From a virus: a stretch of 64,000 bases of DNA. A program made the position numbers and the translations under genes. The notes under the pieces were generated by a model that searched no databases, had not been told where the DNA came from, and saw only the letters and a list, made by a program, of their open reading frames with translations. Of the stretch, positions 34,066-45,800 are shown in pieces. The stretch covers positions 64,001 through 128,000 of the IMG/VR virus record IMGVR_UViG_3300044684_000278; one strand, written 5' to 3'. Each line of letters starts with the position of its first letter. The stretch's first letter is position 1.

Positions 34066-35688
34066 ATGTCAACACCAGTATTGAATAATGGTATATTCCT
34101 GCGTGACACGAACTATTCTACGAGTTCCCACGTAGACTCTTACCACTTATCCAACATGTTGAAATCAGCAGAACCCCAGGATCTCGGACCTGTAGATCTT
34201 TGGGCCATGGTACAAAAGGTAGAAATGCCTTTGTATCAGATGAGTTCATTTGGCGGAAAGAATGTTATTGAAGTCAATAACATGCGTGGAGAGTACAAAT
34301 GGCAGGTGCCAATTGTGCAGGATCTACCTTACATCGTTGAAGACATTGAGCCAGCTAACAACCAGAAAGGTGTGGATGGCCAGTCCTTCAAACTCAAAAT
34401 TAACAAACGTGCCTTTGGTCACGGTGACATCATCACCTATGATAAGTACAATGGTGCGGAAATCTACATCACCAATGATGACATCATCCCTTCTGGAGAT
34501 GGCTTCATCTACACCGTGCAGTTAGTCAACAATGACAACCTGAAATTCCTGGACAACAAGTATCTCCGTGTTGGTACCAAGGTATTCCGTAAAGGTTCTG
34601 CCCGCTCTGGTGAGTATGGAGAGCGTTTCTCAGACCTGGGTAACGTATCAAGCGGCTTCCGTGAGTTCTACAACTACGTAGGTGGTGCTGAAGCTCACGT
34701 ACACTATTCAATCAGTACCCAGGCGGATCTGATGATGAAGGGTGGCATGAACGCTGACGGTACAGTGCCTGTAGTGGAGCTCTGGAGAAACTTTGACAAG
34801 GGTATTGATCCTTCCATCACTTCCCTGGAGGACATGGCTTCCAAACTGGGTAAAGACTATGTGAAGAAAGCTTACCAGAACGGTAGCCTGTCACGCAGCT
34901 TCTTAACTACCCTGGAGGCAGCTCACTTAACCAAGATCTCTAATGACATCGAGACCTACCTCATGTGGGGTCAGGGTGGCCGCATCAAAACTGACGGTCC
35001 GGATGATGTTCGTCTGAGCGTTGGTTTGTGGAAGCAGCTGGATAACTCTTACAAGCGGATCTTCAACAAGGGTTCTTTCACCCTGGATCTGTTCAAGACT
35101 GAGCTGTTCAACTTCTACAATGGTAAAGTGGAGTTCAAAGGTCCGGATCCGAAACGCAAGATCGTAGTTCAAACTGGTATGGCCGGTATGAAACTCGTGA
35201 ACGAGGCTATCAAGAAAGAGGCTATCAACTCTGGCTTGGTGATCAATGCTTCTGACATCGGTGCCATCACTGGTAAAGGCATGGACCTGAACTTCGGTTA
35301 TGCATACACTCAATACGTGATCCCATTCCTGGCAAACGTACAGTTCGTGCTGAACCCTGCCTTTGACAATGTTCATACCAATGACATTGAGAACCCGATC
35401 ATAGATGGTTTCCCTCTGAGCTCTTACAACTTCATCATCTTTGACATCACTGACAACACCCAGGACAACATCTTCCTTCTGAAGAGGAAATGGGACAATC
35501 AGTTAAGATGGTGGTATCAGAACGGTACTATGGACTACATGGGCCGTACAGCAGGATTCCAGTCTAACGGCAACTTCACCGGTTACAAAGTCTTCATGAC
35601 TCAAACCATGCCAGCCATCTGGGTGAAGGACCCAACTAAAGTATTGAAGTTAGTAATGAGAAACCCAATCACTGGCGGATCATTCTAA
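34066..35688 (+). CDS. major capsid protein
   Basis: 540 aa, strong codon bias, IETYLMWG and GLWKQL HK97-type motifs, crAss-like synteny. Confidence 0.88.
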   Translation: MSTPVLNNGIFLRDTNYSTSSHVDSYHLSNMLKSAEPQDLGPVDLWAMVQKVEMPLYQMSSFGGKNVIEVNNMRGEYKWQVPIVQDLPYIVEDIEPANNQKGVDGQSFKLKINKRAFGHGDIITYDKYNGAEIYITNDDIIPSGDGFIYTVQLVNNDNLKFLDNKYLRVGTKVFRKGSARSGEYGERFSDLGNVSSGFREFYNYVGGAEAHVHYSISTQADLMMKGGMNADGTVPVVELWRNFDKGIDPSITSLEDMASKLGKDYVKKAYQNGSLSRSFLTTLEAAHLTKISNDIETYLMWGQGGRIKTDGPDDVRLSVGLWKQLDNSYKRIFNKGSFTLDLFKTELFNFYNGKVEFKGPDPKRKIVVQTGMAGMKLVNEAIKKEAINSGLVINASDIGAITGKGMDLNFGYAYTQYVIPFLANVQFVLNPAFDNVHTNDIENPIIDGFPLSSYNFIIFDITDNTQDNIFLLKRKWDNQLRWWYQNGTMDYMGRTAGFQSNGNFTGYKVFMTQTMPAIWVKDPTKVLKLVMRNPITGGSF

Positions 35689-35924
35689 GATACTAATGCA
35701 GCGGGGGAGTGAACTAAAGCTCCCCCTGTCCTGCAAATAGTTGATCCAACCCCGTATCACTATTGAATAACCCTAAACCTTACATCCTGTAACAAGCACG
35801 TCTTAGAAAAGTTTGCAACTTTTTACAGGATCCAAAAAGAAAATAAGGCAGGGGCTGCGTATGGACAAGCTGGAGAAGCAGTACAACGCCCCGGACAGCC
35901 TTATATCTTAACCAACAACCAACA

Positions 35925-36941
35925 ATGAGTGTTACTATCGTAGAGAAATACCCTCAGAACAAGAGACGTACTTCAGTAGCTGTACGTCCGTTCTTTGATC
36001 CCAGGGTAGAGAATATGGGACTTCAGAACTATGGTCTAAGTCTTTTTGACGGGGCCATGCACATTGAGCAGCTGGCCTGCCTGGAGATCAACGGTATCAA
36101 AAGATACCTCACCGGCTTAAACGAGTTTGCTCCTGAACTCCTGGACCTGGATCCTGAGGAAAGAGAAGCCAAGATCCGCAACATCCGGGAGACCGTATCA
36201 CACCTGGAAAAGGTGCTTGCCTCCAACGTGGTAAAGCCAGAAGATGCAGAGTTCTGGAATAAGGTAAGGCTTCTGAAGCCTGACAATGCCGAGTTCTGGG
36301 ATAAGATAGAGATCAAAGCTGGTAATGACCCTTTGTTCCTGGATCCTGAAAAAGATCCTTATGATCTGATCAAGCTCTATGCTATTGAAGCTGGTGGTTT
36401 CTCAATCGTAGCCAGAAGCCTGGAACATGCCCGCCAGCAACCCACTCCTCCTAAGTTTTACTTAGACAAGCTGGAAGAAACCGCATCAGCCAACACAGAA
36501 GTTAAGAAACTGCGTAACAAAGCTGCAGCTGAACTCCAGAAGTTATTTGACAAGAATACCAACAAACTGTTCTACGTGGCCAAGGTACTGGATCCTAACA
36601 GTGCCCAGTACAAGAAATCCACTCCTAATGATATTGTCTATGACAACATGGATAAATACATCAACGGAGAACTGGTTGACAAGGATAAAAAGAAAACAGC
36701 TGCACGCTTCCTGGAAGTGGCCAACCTGGATATGGAATCCTTAAAGATCCGTGCCATTGTGAAGGATGCCAACTTCTACCGGTTCATAGCAACCAAGGCA
36801 GATGGATTCATCTACCACATGGAGAAACAGCTGATGATGGGCCGCACGCCAACAGACGTAGCAGAGTTCTTAAAGAACCCTCTCAACGAGGAGGCCCTGG
36901 TAGACCTTACCAAGAAAGTAGAAAAGTACTGGAACCAGTAA
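35925..36941 (+). CDS. conserved protein downstream of MCP
   Basis: 338 aa, crAss-like synteny; C-terminal MGRTPTDVAEFLKNPLN. Confidence 0.7.
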   Translation: MSVTIVEKYPQNKRRTSVAVRPFFDPRVENMGLQNYGLSLFDGAMHIEQLACLEINGIKRYLTGLNEFAPELLDLDPEEREAKIRNIRETVSHLEKVLASNVVKPEDAEFWNKVRLLKPDNAEFWDKIEIKAGNDPLFLDPEKDPYDLIKLYAIEAGGFSIVARSLEHARQQPTPPKFYLDKLEETASANTEVKKLRNKAAAELQKLFDKNTNKLFYVAKVLDPNSAQYKKSTPNDIVYDNMDKYINGELVDKDKKKTAARFLEVANLDMESLKIRAIVKDANFYRFIATKADGFIYHMEKQLMMGRTPTDVAEFLKNPLNEEALVDLTKKVEKYWNQ

Positions 36942-36952
36942 GAAGATAACAT

Positions 36953-36996
36953 ACCCCGGATGCCTCTGATCCAAGCACACTCTCCGGGGTCTTTTT
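36953..36996 (+). terminator. putative intrinsic terminator
   Basis: ACCCCGGA...TCCGGGGT then CTTTTT. Confidence 0.6.
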
Positions 36997-37002
36997 CACC
37001 CT

Positions 37003-37704
37003 ATGCACAACAACCTGCTCAAGCTCAAAATCAAGGAGCGTCTTAATAAGCTATCCAGCCAGGACTATGACAACATAGAAGACTGGCAGATCGCTGAGGC
37101 TTTCAACAAAGCCCAGGTGGAATGGGTACGCAGGCAGCTCCATGGCAACAACCTGTTCAAGGAAGGTGATGAGCAGAGCACCCGCAGGGTGGATGACCTC
37201 CAGATCCTGCTGCATCAAAAGGACCTCACCGGTTTTAACCAGGGAATCTACTTTGAGACAGCCACACTCCCGGAGGACTACCTGCAGTACAAACGGGTAA
37301 CCATCAAAGGCAGGACTACAACCTGTCCGCCCAGGACCTTCAGGGTATACCTGGCAGAAGAGGCGGATGCAGACCAGCTCCTGATTGATGATAACTCCAA
37401 TCCAAACTTTGAGTGGGGAGAAACCTTCTGTACCCTCATAGGTAATAAGATCCGGATCTACACCAACGGCCTCTTTGACATCGTAGCTCCCAAGCTGATT
37501 TACTACCGTCAGCCAAGACCTGTACAGTTCAGGGGCAGCATGGATATAGCCACCGGAAGTATTTACGGAGCGGACCAGACCTCTGAGTTCAAGGATGACA
37601 TCGTGGAGCTCATGATAGATGAGACCTGTTCCATCATTGCAGGAGACATAGAGTCCCAGCTGCAGTTCCAGAGAAACTCACAGAACGCTGAACGTAACAA
37701 CTAA
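37003..37704 (+). CDS. tail ring / head-tail adaptor protein
   Basis: AFNKAQ, LPEDYLQY, LIYYRQP adaptor-type motifs. Confidence 0.7.
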   Translation: MHNNLLKLKIKERLNKLSSQDYDNIEDWQIAEAFNKAQVEWVRRQLHGNNLFKEGDEQSTRRVDDLQILLHQKDLTGFNQGIYFETATLPEDYLQYKRVTIKGRTTTCPPRTFRVYLAEEADADQLLIDDNSNPNFEWGETFCTLIGNKIRIYTNGLFDIVAPKLIYYRQPRPVQFRGSMDIATGSIYGADQTSEFKDDIVELMIDETCSIIAGDIESQLQFQRNSQNAERNN

Positions 37705-38096
37705 TGATTGATAGAAAAATACCCAGATCATCCGGCTATACCAAAGAAGCAGAATTCTTTGGAAGACTGATGCAGATCAGGGACCTGGCTCACCTCACGC
37801 ACTTAAGACAGTTTCATAAGAGCGGCTGGGAGCACAAAGCTCTCAATATTCTTTATGATGAAGTGCTGGACATCGTAGATACCATCATAGAATCCTGGCA
37901 AGGGATCTATGGACTGGTAGACGTGACGGTCCCGGAGAGCAAGCCACAACAGGATTCCATCCAGATGACCCGTGAGATCTACAATTACATCATGACCTCC
38001 AGGAGCATCTTCCAGGAATCCTGGATTCAAAATGAGATAGATAATGTCTGCACCCTGCTGGCTCAGACCCTGTACAGATTACAATACCTGAAATAA
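37704..38096 (+). CDS. ferritin/Dps-like (DUF5856-like) protein
   Basis: AHLTHL..EHKALNILYD...D.IIESWQG.YG ..QNEID......TLYRL. Confidence 0.7.
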   Translation: MIDRKIPRSSGYTKEAEFFGRLMQIRDLAHLTHLRQFHKSGWEHKALNILYDEVLDIVDTIIESWQGIYGLVDVTVPESKPQQDSIQMTREIYNYIMTSRSIFQESWIQNEIDNVCTLLAQTLYRLQYLK

Positions 38097-38129
38097 CCCC
38101 TTTTGTTTATTTAACCCATATCAAACCCT

Positions 38130-39548
38130 ATGTATTTTCCTAATGCATTTAAGAAAGTCTACATTGCTGCCACTAACGCTGGCAGTATCACTGTAGCCAA
38201 CACTGGTACAACTGCCAACCTGACTGCAGGTGTAGTGGGTCTGTTTGATGCTAAAAGCTATGCGGCTATCACAGCTGCTCCTGCTGCTGGCACCAACCAA
38301 CCATTCATCCTGGCACAAGGTAGCTACCACAGTGTTGACAAGATCGGACCTTTCCATGGTGGATACCAGGAATCCGTAAAGTCCAAAGTGATCAACCCTA
38401 AGTATGTGAGCCGTCTGATCAAGATCACCTCACATTCTCCACAGAGCCAGATCGTTCAATTGGGCTGGACAGGCACAAACAATGCCTCAGATGTTGGTTT
38501 GAGCTTTGCCTGTGGCAAAACCTATAACCTGCGTCTGGACCTTAAAGGTTCACCTGCATTGAGGTTCCTGAGCCACAACATTTATCACACCTTTGACTAT
38601 TACACCGGCTGCTGCAATGGTGATTGCTCTTCTGGCTGTACCGGTGATCCGGTAGATGCCGCTTCTGTGATGCTCGGCTGGGCTGATCAGATTAACAACA
38701 ACCCAATCGTCAGCAACTTCGTCAAAGCTACTGCTGTAGTGAAAACTACTTCAGAGCTGGCAACTGCTGCCAGTGGTAGCACTACCCTGACCCTTGATGC
38801 TGCCAACGCAAGTGTAGCAGTAGGTCAGCTGGTATATGGTGCCGGTATTGCTCCGCTTACCAAGGTGACTGCTGTTGCAGGTACTGCGGTAACCATCAGC
38901 AAGGCTACTACAGCTGCTGTGAATGAAGTGGTGGTATTCGGTACTGCTATTGATGACACTTATGCTCCTGTAAAATATGATGGTACTAACGCTGCTGCTG
39001 TAAAAGCTGTGGTAGCAGGTGTAGTATTGCAGGTAGCTTACGTGGACACCAAGTTCGGTAACTGTACTTTCACAGTGACTGACAAGTATGACCTGGAGCC
39101 CCTGTTCATCTATCTTTCTGTAACTGATGAGAGCAATGACCCATGTGCCGTATATCCACATGCCAACACTGCCACTGCACAGAACGTAGCTGAACTGCAA
39201 GCCCCTAAACAGGCCCAGGGTGTTGGTGAAAGCGTACTGAGAGACGTGATCCTGGACAAACGCTACCGTCAGGAGCCGTTCCATGATTCAAACTTTGTGG
39301 ATGCTATCCGCATGAGAGAGATTGAGGATGACTACTCATTGAGCATCGTTGACCGCAGTGCTCTTTATGACAGAGTATACGTGCTCCATAACGTACCACG
39401 TCTGATGAACCCAACATCAACCTTTGACAACGACCAGTACTTACTGGAGATTGTGGTGCCAACTGGTACTGATACCACTCCGTTAACGAACCTGATCCAG
39501 GGTATGTTGACTTCAGCTGGTAACAGCATCGCACTGGAGACTTACTAA
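38130..39548 (+). CDS. virion structural protein (auxiliary capsid/decoration-like)
   Basis: 472 aa A/T/V-rich, high codon bias, followed by a strong terminator. Confidence 0.65.
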   Translation: MYFPNAFKKVYIAATNAGSITVANTGTTANLTAGVVGLFDAKSYAAITAAPAAGTNQPFILAQGSYHSVDKIGPFHGGYQESVKSKVINPKYVSRLIKITSHSPQSQIVQLGWTGTNNASDVGLSFACGKTYNLRLDLKGSPALRFLSHNIYHTFDYYTGCCNGDCSSGCTGDPVDAASVMLGWADQINNNPIVSNFVKATAVVKTTSELATAASGSTTLTLDAANASVAVGQLVYGAGIAPLTKVTAVAGTAVTISKATTAAVNEVVVFGTAIDDTYAPVKYDGTNAAAVKAVVAGVVLQVAYVDTKFGNCTFTVTDKYDLEPLFIYLSVTDESNDPCAVYPHANTATAQNVAELQAPKQAQGVGESVLRDVILDKRYRQEPFHDSNFVDAIRMREIEDDYSLSIVDRSALYDRVYVLHNVPRLMNPTSTFDNDQYLLEIVVPTGTDTTPLTNLIQGMLTSAGNSIALETY

Positions 39549-39567
39549 TCCTTTATAGCACTCCTTA

Positions 39568-39607
39568 GAAGAAGGGTGTCCGCCAGGCGGATGCCCTTTC
39601 TTTTTTT
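39568..39607 (+). terminator. intrinsic terminator
   Basis: GAAGGGTGTCCGC/GCGGATGCCCTTT stem then CT7. Confidence 0.85.
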
Positions 39608-39666
39608 GATAAAGTCATTTGAAAATAGTATATTATTAATAGGAACCTTCCCTACTTTCTGCCCAA

Positions 39667-40212
39667 ATGAAACACCAGCTATCACTTGAGATTCCTGATA
39701 CCAACAATACCCAGATCTTCCGGCTATTTGATACCAGCACTTATGCTACGGATCTGAAAACAACCTGTGGGATGATTCAGATCACTGCTCCAGGATTTAC
39801 TGTTCCTGTACAGATAGAAACATTGCCTTATTTCAACCTGGTTCTTAATGCCTGTACGCTTGGGATATATCAGGGCGGTTGTTCTGAATATATGCCAGAT
39901 CTTCCTGACGGAATCTATAAAGTAGCTTATTCGGTTTCTCCTAATGACCAGGTGTTTGTGGAATACCAGTACCTCCGTATCACCCATCTTCTGAATGAAT
40001 ATTTTGAGCAGCTCTGTAAACTGGAGATAGCCGGATGTGAGCCTACCGCTGAAGTAAAGGCCAAGCTCCGGGAACTACGGTTTATCCGCTCCCTTCTGGA
40101 TGCTGCCAAGGTAAAAGTAGAGTACTGCAATGCCCCCACACAGGGCATAGAGATGTTCCAATATGCCCAGAAACGTCTTCATAAATTTTCTGGTGGCTGT
40201 AAAACCTGTTAA
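39667..40212 (+). CDS. structural protein (tail hub-like, putative)
   Basis: LPDGIYKVAYSVSP Ig-like strand plus helical C-terminus. Confidence 0.6.
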   Translation: MKHQLSLEIPDTNNTQIFRLFDTSTYATDLKTTCGMIQITAPGFTVPVQIETLPYFNLVLNACTLGIYQGGCSEYMPDLPDGIYKVAYSVSPNDQVFVEYQYLRITHLLNEYFEQLCKLEIAGCEPTAEVKAKLRELRFIRSLLDAAKVKVEYCNAPTQGIEMFQYAQKRLHKFSGGCKTC

Positions 40213-40229
40213 ATCAATTCAATAATCAT

Positions 40230-40409
40230 ATGTCAACACAACCAACTTGTCCCAATTGTGGCCGCGTAATCACCTGCGGCTGCCAACGCAGAGTAGCTAC
40301 CAATGGAGCTTCTGTTTGTACAGCGTGCATCCAGACCTATGATCACCAGCTGGCCCAGAAAGCACAGGCTACCATCAATAGCAACAACACTACCACTACA
40401 GCCAAATGA
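40230..40409 (+). CDS. 59-aa Cys-rich protein
   Basis: Manual: MSTQPTCPNCGRVITCGCQRRVATNGASVCTACIQTYDHQLAQKAQ...; ATGA overlap with next gene. Confidence 0.7.
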   Translation: MSTQPTCPNCGRVITCGCQRRVATNGASVCTACIQTYDHQLAQKAQATINSNNTTTTAK

Positions 40410-41029
40410 GAGATCTGATCCCCAAAAAATATGAGTACTATAAAGCCTTTGCAGACGTGGTGCAGAAGAAATTCATGCAGAAGCGTTTTGGTGTAAAGTC
40501 TTGCTCTGTAGAAGGGGATATAGAGATGGCCTGGATACGCAAGCAGATTGTTGACTGGCAGCAAAACCATGATGGAGGAGCTCTCAGTGACGTTTCCATT
40601 AATTACTCCACCAGTCTGGATGTAGTCTTTGATCCGGATACCACATATCCTGGAGTATTGTTTGACTCCCTATCAGGGGGATCCGGGACCATCCAGGAAA
40701 ATTCATGTTCTATGCCTCCAAGGAGTTTTCAGATAAACTACCCGCATGGCCTCACAAAAGACAATATCATTGAAGTAAATACAGATGGTTGTATCACCAA
40801 GATCAACCTGAATCCGGCTGTTAATATTGACGGTGGGGGAACATTCACCTTTACCCAGAGTACACCAAGCACGATCTGGATCATCCAGCATAATCTTGGG
40901 TTTATTCCAAACGTATTCACCAGGAACCTTTCGGGGGGTGTGATACGCGGGATGATCGTTCCTGTGGATACCAATAACCTGGAAATCCACTTTTCATCTG
41001 CTGTAGCAGGAACAGCTAACCTATCCTAA
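40406..41029 (+). CDS. structural/fibre-attachment protein
   Basis: C-terminal FTQSTPSTIWIIQHNLGFIPNV...FSSAVAGTANLS phage fibre-associated domain. Confidence 0.65.
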   Translation: MRDLIPKKYEYYKAFADVVQKKFMQKRFGVKSCSVEGDIEMAWIRKQIVDWQQNHDGGALSDVSINYSTSLDVVFDPDTTYPGVLFDSLSGGSGTIQENSCSMPPRSFQINYPHGLTKDNIIEVNTDGCITKINLNPAVNIDGGGTFTFTQSTPSTIWIIQHNLGFIPNVFTRNLSGGVIRGMIVPVDTNNLEIHFSSAVAGTANLS

Positions 41030-41032
41030 TCC

Positions 41033-42844
41033 ATGAACCAGTTAGAACAGTATTATTTTGACATTGATCTGGTCAAAAACAGGATCCTTAATGCCAGGAT
41101 GCATCCGTTGTCCACAGTGGATAGAACTACCCTTGGGAGTACGCTGACTGTAAATGATGCAGGGCTTATTGTCTATGACTTAGATATTCAGAATCTTTAC
41201 CTTTGGACAGGTGCTGCCTGGAAAACAGATACAGCCCTTTCTGATATTCAGACCCTGCTTGATAGTAAAGTAGATAAGGTTACCGGAAAGCAGTTAAGTA
41301 CCAATGATTTTACAGATGCTTACAAGGCCGCTCTGGATGTATTGAATACCACGATCAGTAACGCTATTGCCAATAAGGTAGACAAGGTAGCTGGTATGGG
41401 TCTAAGCTCTAATGACTATACCACTGCTGAAAAAAACAAGCTGGCTGGCATCCAGGATGGAGCTAAGATCAATGTACAGCCGGACTGGAATGAGGTGGAT
41501 ACCACCAAGGATGATTTTATAAAAAACAAGCCATCCATTCCTGCAAAGACAAGTGATCTGACCAATGACAGTGGTTATATTACCCTGGCGGATCTTCCGG
41601 CCTCAGGCGGTCTTGAACAATACAGTAGCATTTCAAACTTCCCGGCCACAGGAATCACAACTAAAATATACCTGGATACATCTACCAGGGAAGCTTACTT
41701 CTGGACTGGTAGTGTCTATAAGATCATTGGAAGCTTTACCAGTGATTTTACGGTCAGTCTTTCCGGAGGAAAAAACTATTTGAAGTGGACATCCGGATCC
41801 CAGGTTCCTGCAACAGATAAATCAGCCAGGATGCTACTGCTTGAAGGTGCTGTAGAAGCCATTGCTCCTACAGTTTCTCTAACAAGTCCTACTACGATAA
41901 AGTTCAACCAGACCAATATCAGTAATGTACTGAACTTTTCTTTTACCATAAACTCCTTAGGAGCTTCGGTTTCTACAGCTGTATTGCAATGGAGAAGAAA
42001 TAACACAGGAGCCTGGACCACGTTAAGCACCAGCACTGCTCTTACTACCTTCACCCATACACTGACAGATACCAACTTTAATACCCAGCCCTTTAACTAC
42101 CAGTATATTGTTACAGATTCTGCAGGGGGCACCAATACAGCAACAATAAACATTATTCCTGGTGCTTATGCGGCTCCCACTATTTCTATTTCCCAGACAG
42201 CCGGGGCTCTTAATGGTCCGCAGACCAATGCTTCCAGAGAAATAGGTAATGTGAGTACGAACATCACTGGCACGATTACCCAAAACAGTCCAAATGTAGC
42301 ACTCATATCCTATCAATTACAGTACTCTGTAAACGGAGGCACCTGGACCAATCTTAATGCCGCTGTTAGTGTCTCCGGATCATCAGTAACCATATCGTCT
42401 ATCAATCACAATGATAGCTCCTTGAAAAGCAGTACTTCTATTGCTTACCGTTTCCAGGTGACTGATGCCTATACAACATCAACTTCAGGAACCACCAGTA
42501 TCAGTTTTCAGTATTTATACCTCTATGGTTATAATGCCACTAATGGCGTGCTATCGGACACACAGACCTATGCCCTGGGCAATGGGATCCTTCTGTCCTC
42601 AAGAACCCGTACACTTACAGGGGTAACAGCTGGTACAGGCTTATATACCTTCATTGCTTATCTGGCTTCATTTGGCAATATAACAGGTATCATCCAGGAT
42701 GGAGCTACACCCGTACTTGGTGCTTTTACAGAAGTGGGGATGTCCATTACTGTAACCAATCAGTACGGGGTTACCGGGTCTTATAACCTTTATAAGTCCA
42801 ATGCCACAAACGCATTTACTAATAATACTTTAGCTATTTCCTAA
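41033..42844 (+). CDS. fibre protein
   Basis: two KVDKVxGxxLSxNDxT repeats, NVQPDWN motif, T/S-rich Ig-like domains. Confidence 0.7.
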   Translation: MNQLEQYYFDIDLVKNRILNARMHPLSTVDRTTLGSTLTVNDAGLIVYDLDIQNLYLWTGAAWKTDTALSDIQTLLDSKVDKVTGKQLSTNDFTDAYKAALDVLNTTISNAIANKVDKVAGMGLSSNDYTTAEKNKLAGIQDGAKINVQPDWNEVDTTKDDFIKNKPSIPAKTSDLTNDSGYITLADLPASGGLEQYSSISNFPATGITTKIYLDTSTREAYFWTGSVYKIIGSFTSDFTVSLSGGKNYLKWTSGSQVPATDKSARMLLLEGAVEAIAPTVSLTSPTTIKFNQTNISNVLNFSFTINSLGASVSTAVLQWRRNNTGAWTTLSTSTALTTFTHTLTDTNFNTQPFNYQYIVTDSAGGTNTATINIIPGAYAAPTISISQTAGALNGPQTNASREIGNVSTNITGTITQNSPNVALISYQLQYSVNGGTWTNLNAAVSVSGSSVTISSINHNDSSLKSSTSIAYRFQVTDAYTTSTSGTTSISFQYLYLYGYNATNGVLSDTQTYALGNGILLSSRTRTLTGVTAGTGLYTFIAYLASFGNITGIIQDGATPVLGAFTEVGMSITVTNQYGVTGSYNLYKSNATNAFTNNTLAIS

Positions 42845-42847
42845 ACT

Positions 42848-45800
42848 ATGGCTTTATCCTATCCAGATATTTTTGAACCGAATAACAAGCAGAATGCCCA
42901 GCTGGATGCTGATTACCTTAGAGGGGGTACCAAAGTAGTTGCTGACCTGCCCACTCTTTATGGGCTTTCTTCAGGTCCGGGGAATGGTAAATATGACCAG
43001 CTGAAACAATACGTAACCAAGGTCTATGTTATTTCACAAGGAGCCTATTATATTCTTAAGGATATTACCAACTGTGGTAACAGTACTGGCTGGCAGCTTG
43101 AAAAGACCGTTACTTCTTTTACAGATCTCACCAATGTTCCAACTAATCTTGCTGGTTATGGTATCAATTCTTCAGACCCTCTTTTTGATAATAAGTATCA
43201 GAAGCTTCCTGATGGTTTAATCAGCATTGATCCTATTCAGCAGTCTGGTACAACTATCACCGTAAATAATGTATCCTGGAGGATTGATCTTGTTACACAT
43301 ACAGTTGCTACCCAGTCATTCACTATTACTACAGCTGATACAGGCAATCAGCGGATAGATCTGATCGTGGGTGACAGCTCCGGAAACCTTTCCCTGGTAC
43401 AGGGAACAGAAGGAACTTCGGATGTGATCGAACCTGCTGTTCCTGCAGGTTCAGTAAGAATTGCTCCCATTTATGTCAATGGTGGAACAGTAACCCAACC
43501 ACAGCCTGATTTAAGTAAGTATGTCACTATTGATTCCACAGAACAAACCATTTCAGGTGTAAAGACTTTTCAGAATGGTCTTAATTTAGGACCCGGTGTA
43601 ACAATCAAAGCCTATGCCTCAGGTGATAATAGCAGCTTAAACTATAGCATTTTCTCATCAGCCAGTCTTAGAATCAGATCTGGAGCCAGTTTATACAGTG
43701 ACTTCATGGCTGATGGCGTATACACATATAGTGGTATTCACAGAGGTATTGTCGTTTTCCCACAGAATCTAAATACGGATTCCCAGATCAATTTTCCAGT
43801 GGATGTAACAGGAACTGTTGCTCTATTATCCGATATTACCAATGCAACAGCTGTACTTGCCCCACTCGCTTCTCCAGGCTTTACCGGAATTCCTACTGCA
43901 CCTACACCAGCCACCGCAGATAACAGTACTACTTTAGCTACCACTGCTTTTGTTAAAGCAAATGGTCTTAACTATGTTCCTTATAGTGGAGCTACTGGTT
44001 ATGTTGATTTGGGTACAAATGAGATCTATGCAGGGGCTGCAGAGATCGGGGGAACCTGGGCTAATAATGCTGCTGCAGGTGGTTTCTATAACTTGTCACC
44101 TACGGGTAATGCCATGTGGATCAAGGGTGGATCTGCCACTTCCCACAATACGGATTTTTATGATTACAATAATAACCTGATAGGGTATATAAATGGAAAT
44201 GGAGACGTGCATTTTAATGGCACTATCACTGCTTCTAACTTTACCAGCACTGCAGGAAGTTCCATCACCGGGATTACCTTAAATACGCCCAACAGTATCT
44301 ATGCTTCCCCTATAAACTTTACGGTAGCCAGCGGGATTGCAACAGGCACACTTTCTTTTAACACCCAGGCGGCCAATGTTTTTTTCAGAACTACAGCTGC
44401 CGGTACACCTTCATTCAGTGTTCTGTTAGGTTCCGATGTGACAGGTGCTCTGGGTTATACTCCCTATAATCCGGCCAGCTATCCTGTCAACCTTAATGGT
44501 GAAACCCTGCAGAGCGTAGTTTCCAGGGGTAATGTAGTCAGCTCTGATATACAATATTCGGCAGCACCTGTAAATGGTACTTCCCTTATTAATAAGACCT
44601 ATGTAGATAATCTTATCACAGGTATCACCTGGAAGAATGAGGTCAAAGCAGCTACCACTACAAACATTACCTTATCAGGTATACAGACTGTTGATGGTGT
44701 ATCACTCTCTGTGAATGACCGTACCCTGGTAAGAGCACAGTCAGACGCCACCCAGAATGGTATATATGTGGTGCAGTCCGGCTCCTGGACCAGGGCTACA
44801 GATGCTAACACAGGAGCTTTGCTGGTATCAGCTACGGTCTTTGTTCAATTAGGTACTGCCCTTGGACACACTCAGTGGACCTGTATTAACAGTTCCACTC
44901 CTAATATAGGGACAGATGCTATCAACTTTGGCCAGGTAGCTGGTGCTGGCACCTATGCTGCAGGCACGGGTGTGGTTTTAAATGGCAATACCTTTGGCCT
45001 GGATACCTACTATACAGACAACCGTTATGTCTCCCTGTCTGGGACCTATAACAACCCTTCCTGGATTTCTTCAGTAGCTTATAACAAACTTACAGGCTTT
45101 CCTGGAACAGCTATTCAGTTTATCAAAGGAGATGGTACAGCAGCGGCACTGCAAAGTGCTGACGTAACTACGGCCCTTGGATATACTCCTTATAATCCAT
45201 CAAGTTACCCGGTAAATTCTGGAGGTGAGACTCTCCAGAGTGTGACTGGTAGGGGAGCTACTACAACTAATGCAATCACAGCCCCCTTTTACAATGTAAC
45301 CAATACGGATGGCACTGGTACAGTGAATATGCCTTTGCAGAACATTACTCCGAGTACACCTGGATCCGGGAACATGAAGCTGTATTATAGCTCAAATGGA
45401 CTTACCTGGATCACACCAACAGGTTTTAAACGTTCTTTCTGGGGTAATAGTTTAACTGCAGATCGTGTATATACACTGCCAGACATAACAGGTACTCTGG
45501 AGATTCAAACCAGTAAAGTACAGACAGTAGATAATTCATCCACTAACTACCCATCAACAGCTGCTGTACAGGCTTATGTTACAGATCAAAGAAAGAACTA
45601 CAAAGCCAAGATCCTGGCTAATGGATTCACAGAGACATTTGATTATATGGATGTGGCTGGTACCCTCCTGTCCTTAACAGGAAGTGCAGAAGTCACTAAC
45701 CTTCAATACAAACTTGGATCCGGAGGCACCTATGCTGCATTCCCTGCAGGAGGTGTGACTTACACTGCCGGTACAGAGATCTATTTTACATGGACCTGGG

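Noticed and set aside
27608-35688. Introns or inteins in TerL or MCP
   Set aside because: ORFs are continuous, of expected size, with no intein or homing-endonuclease motifs seen.
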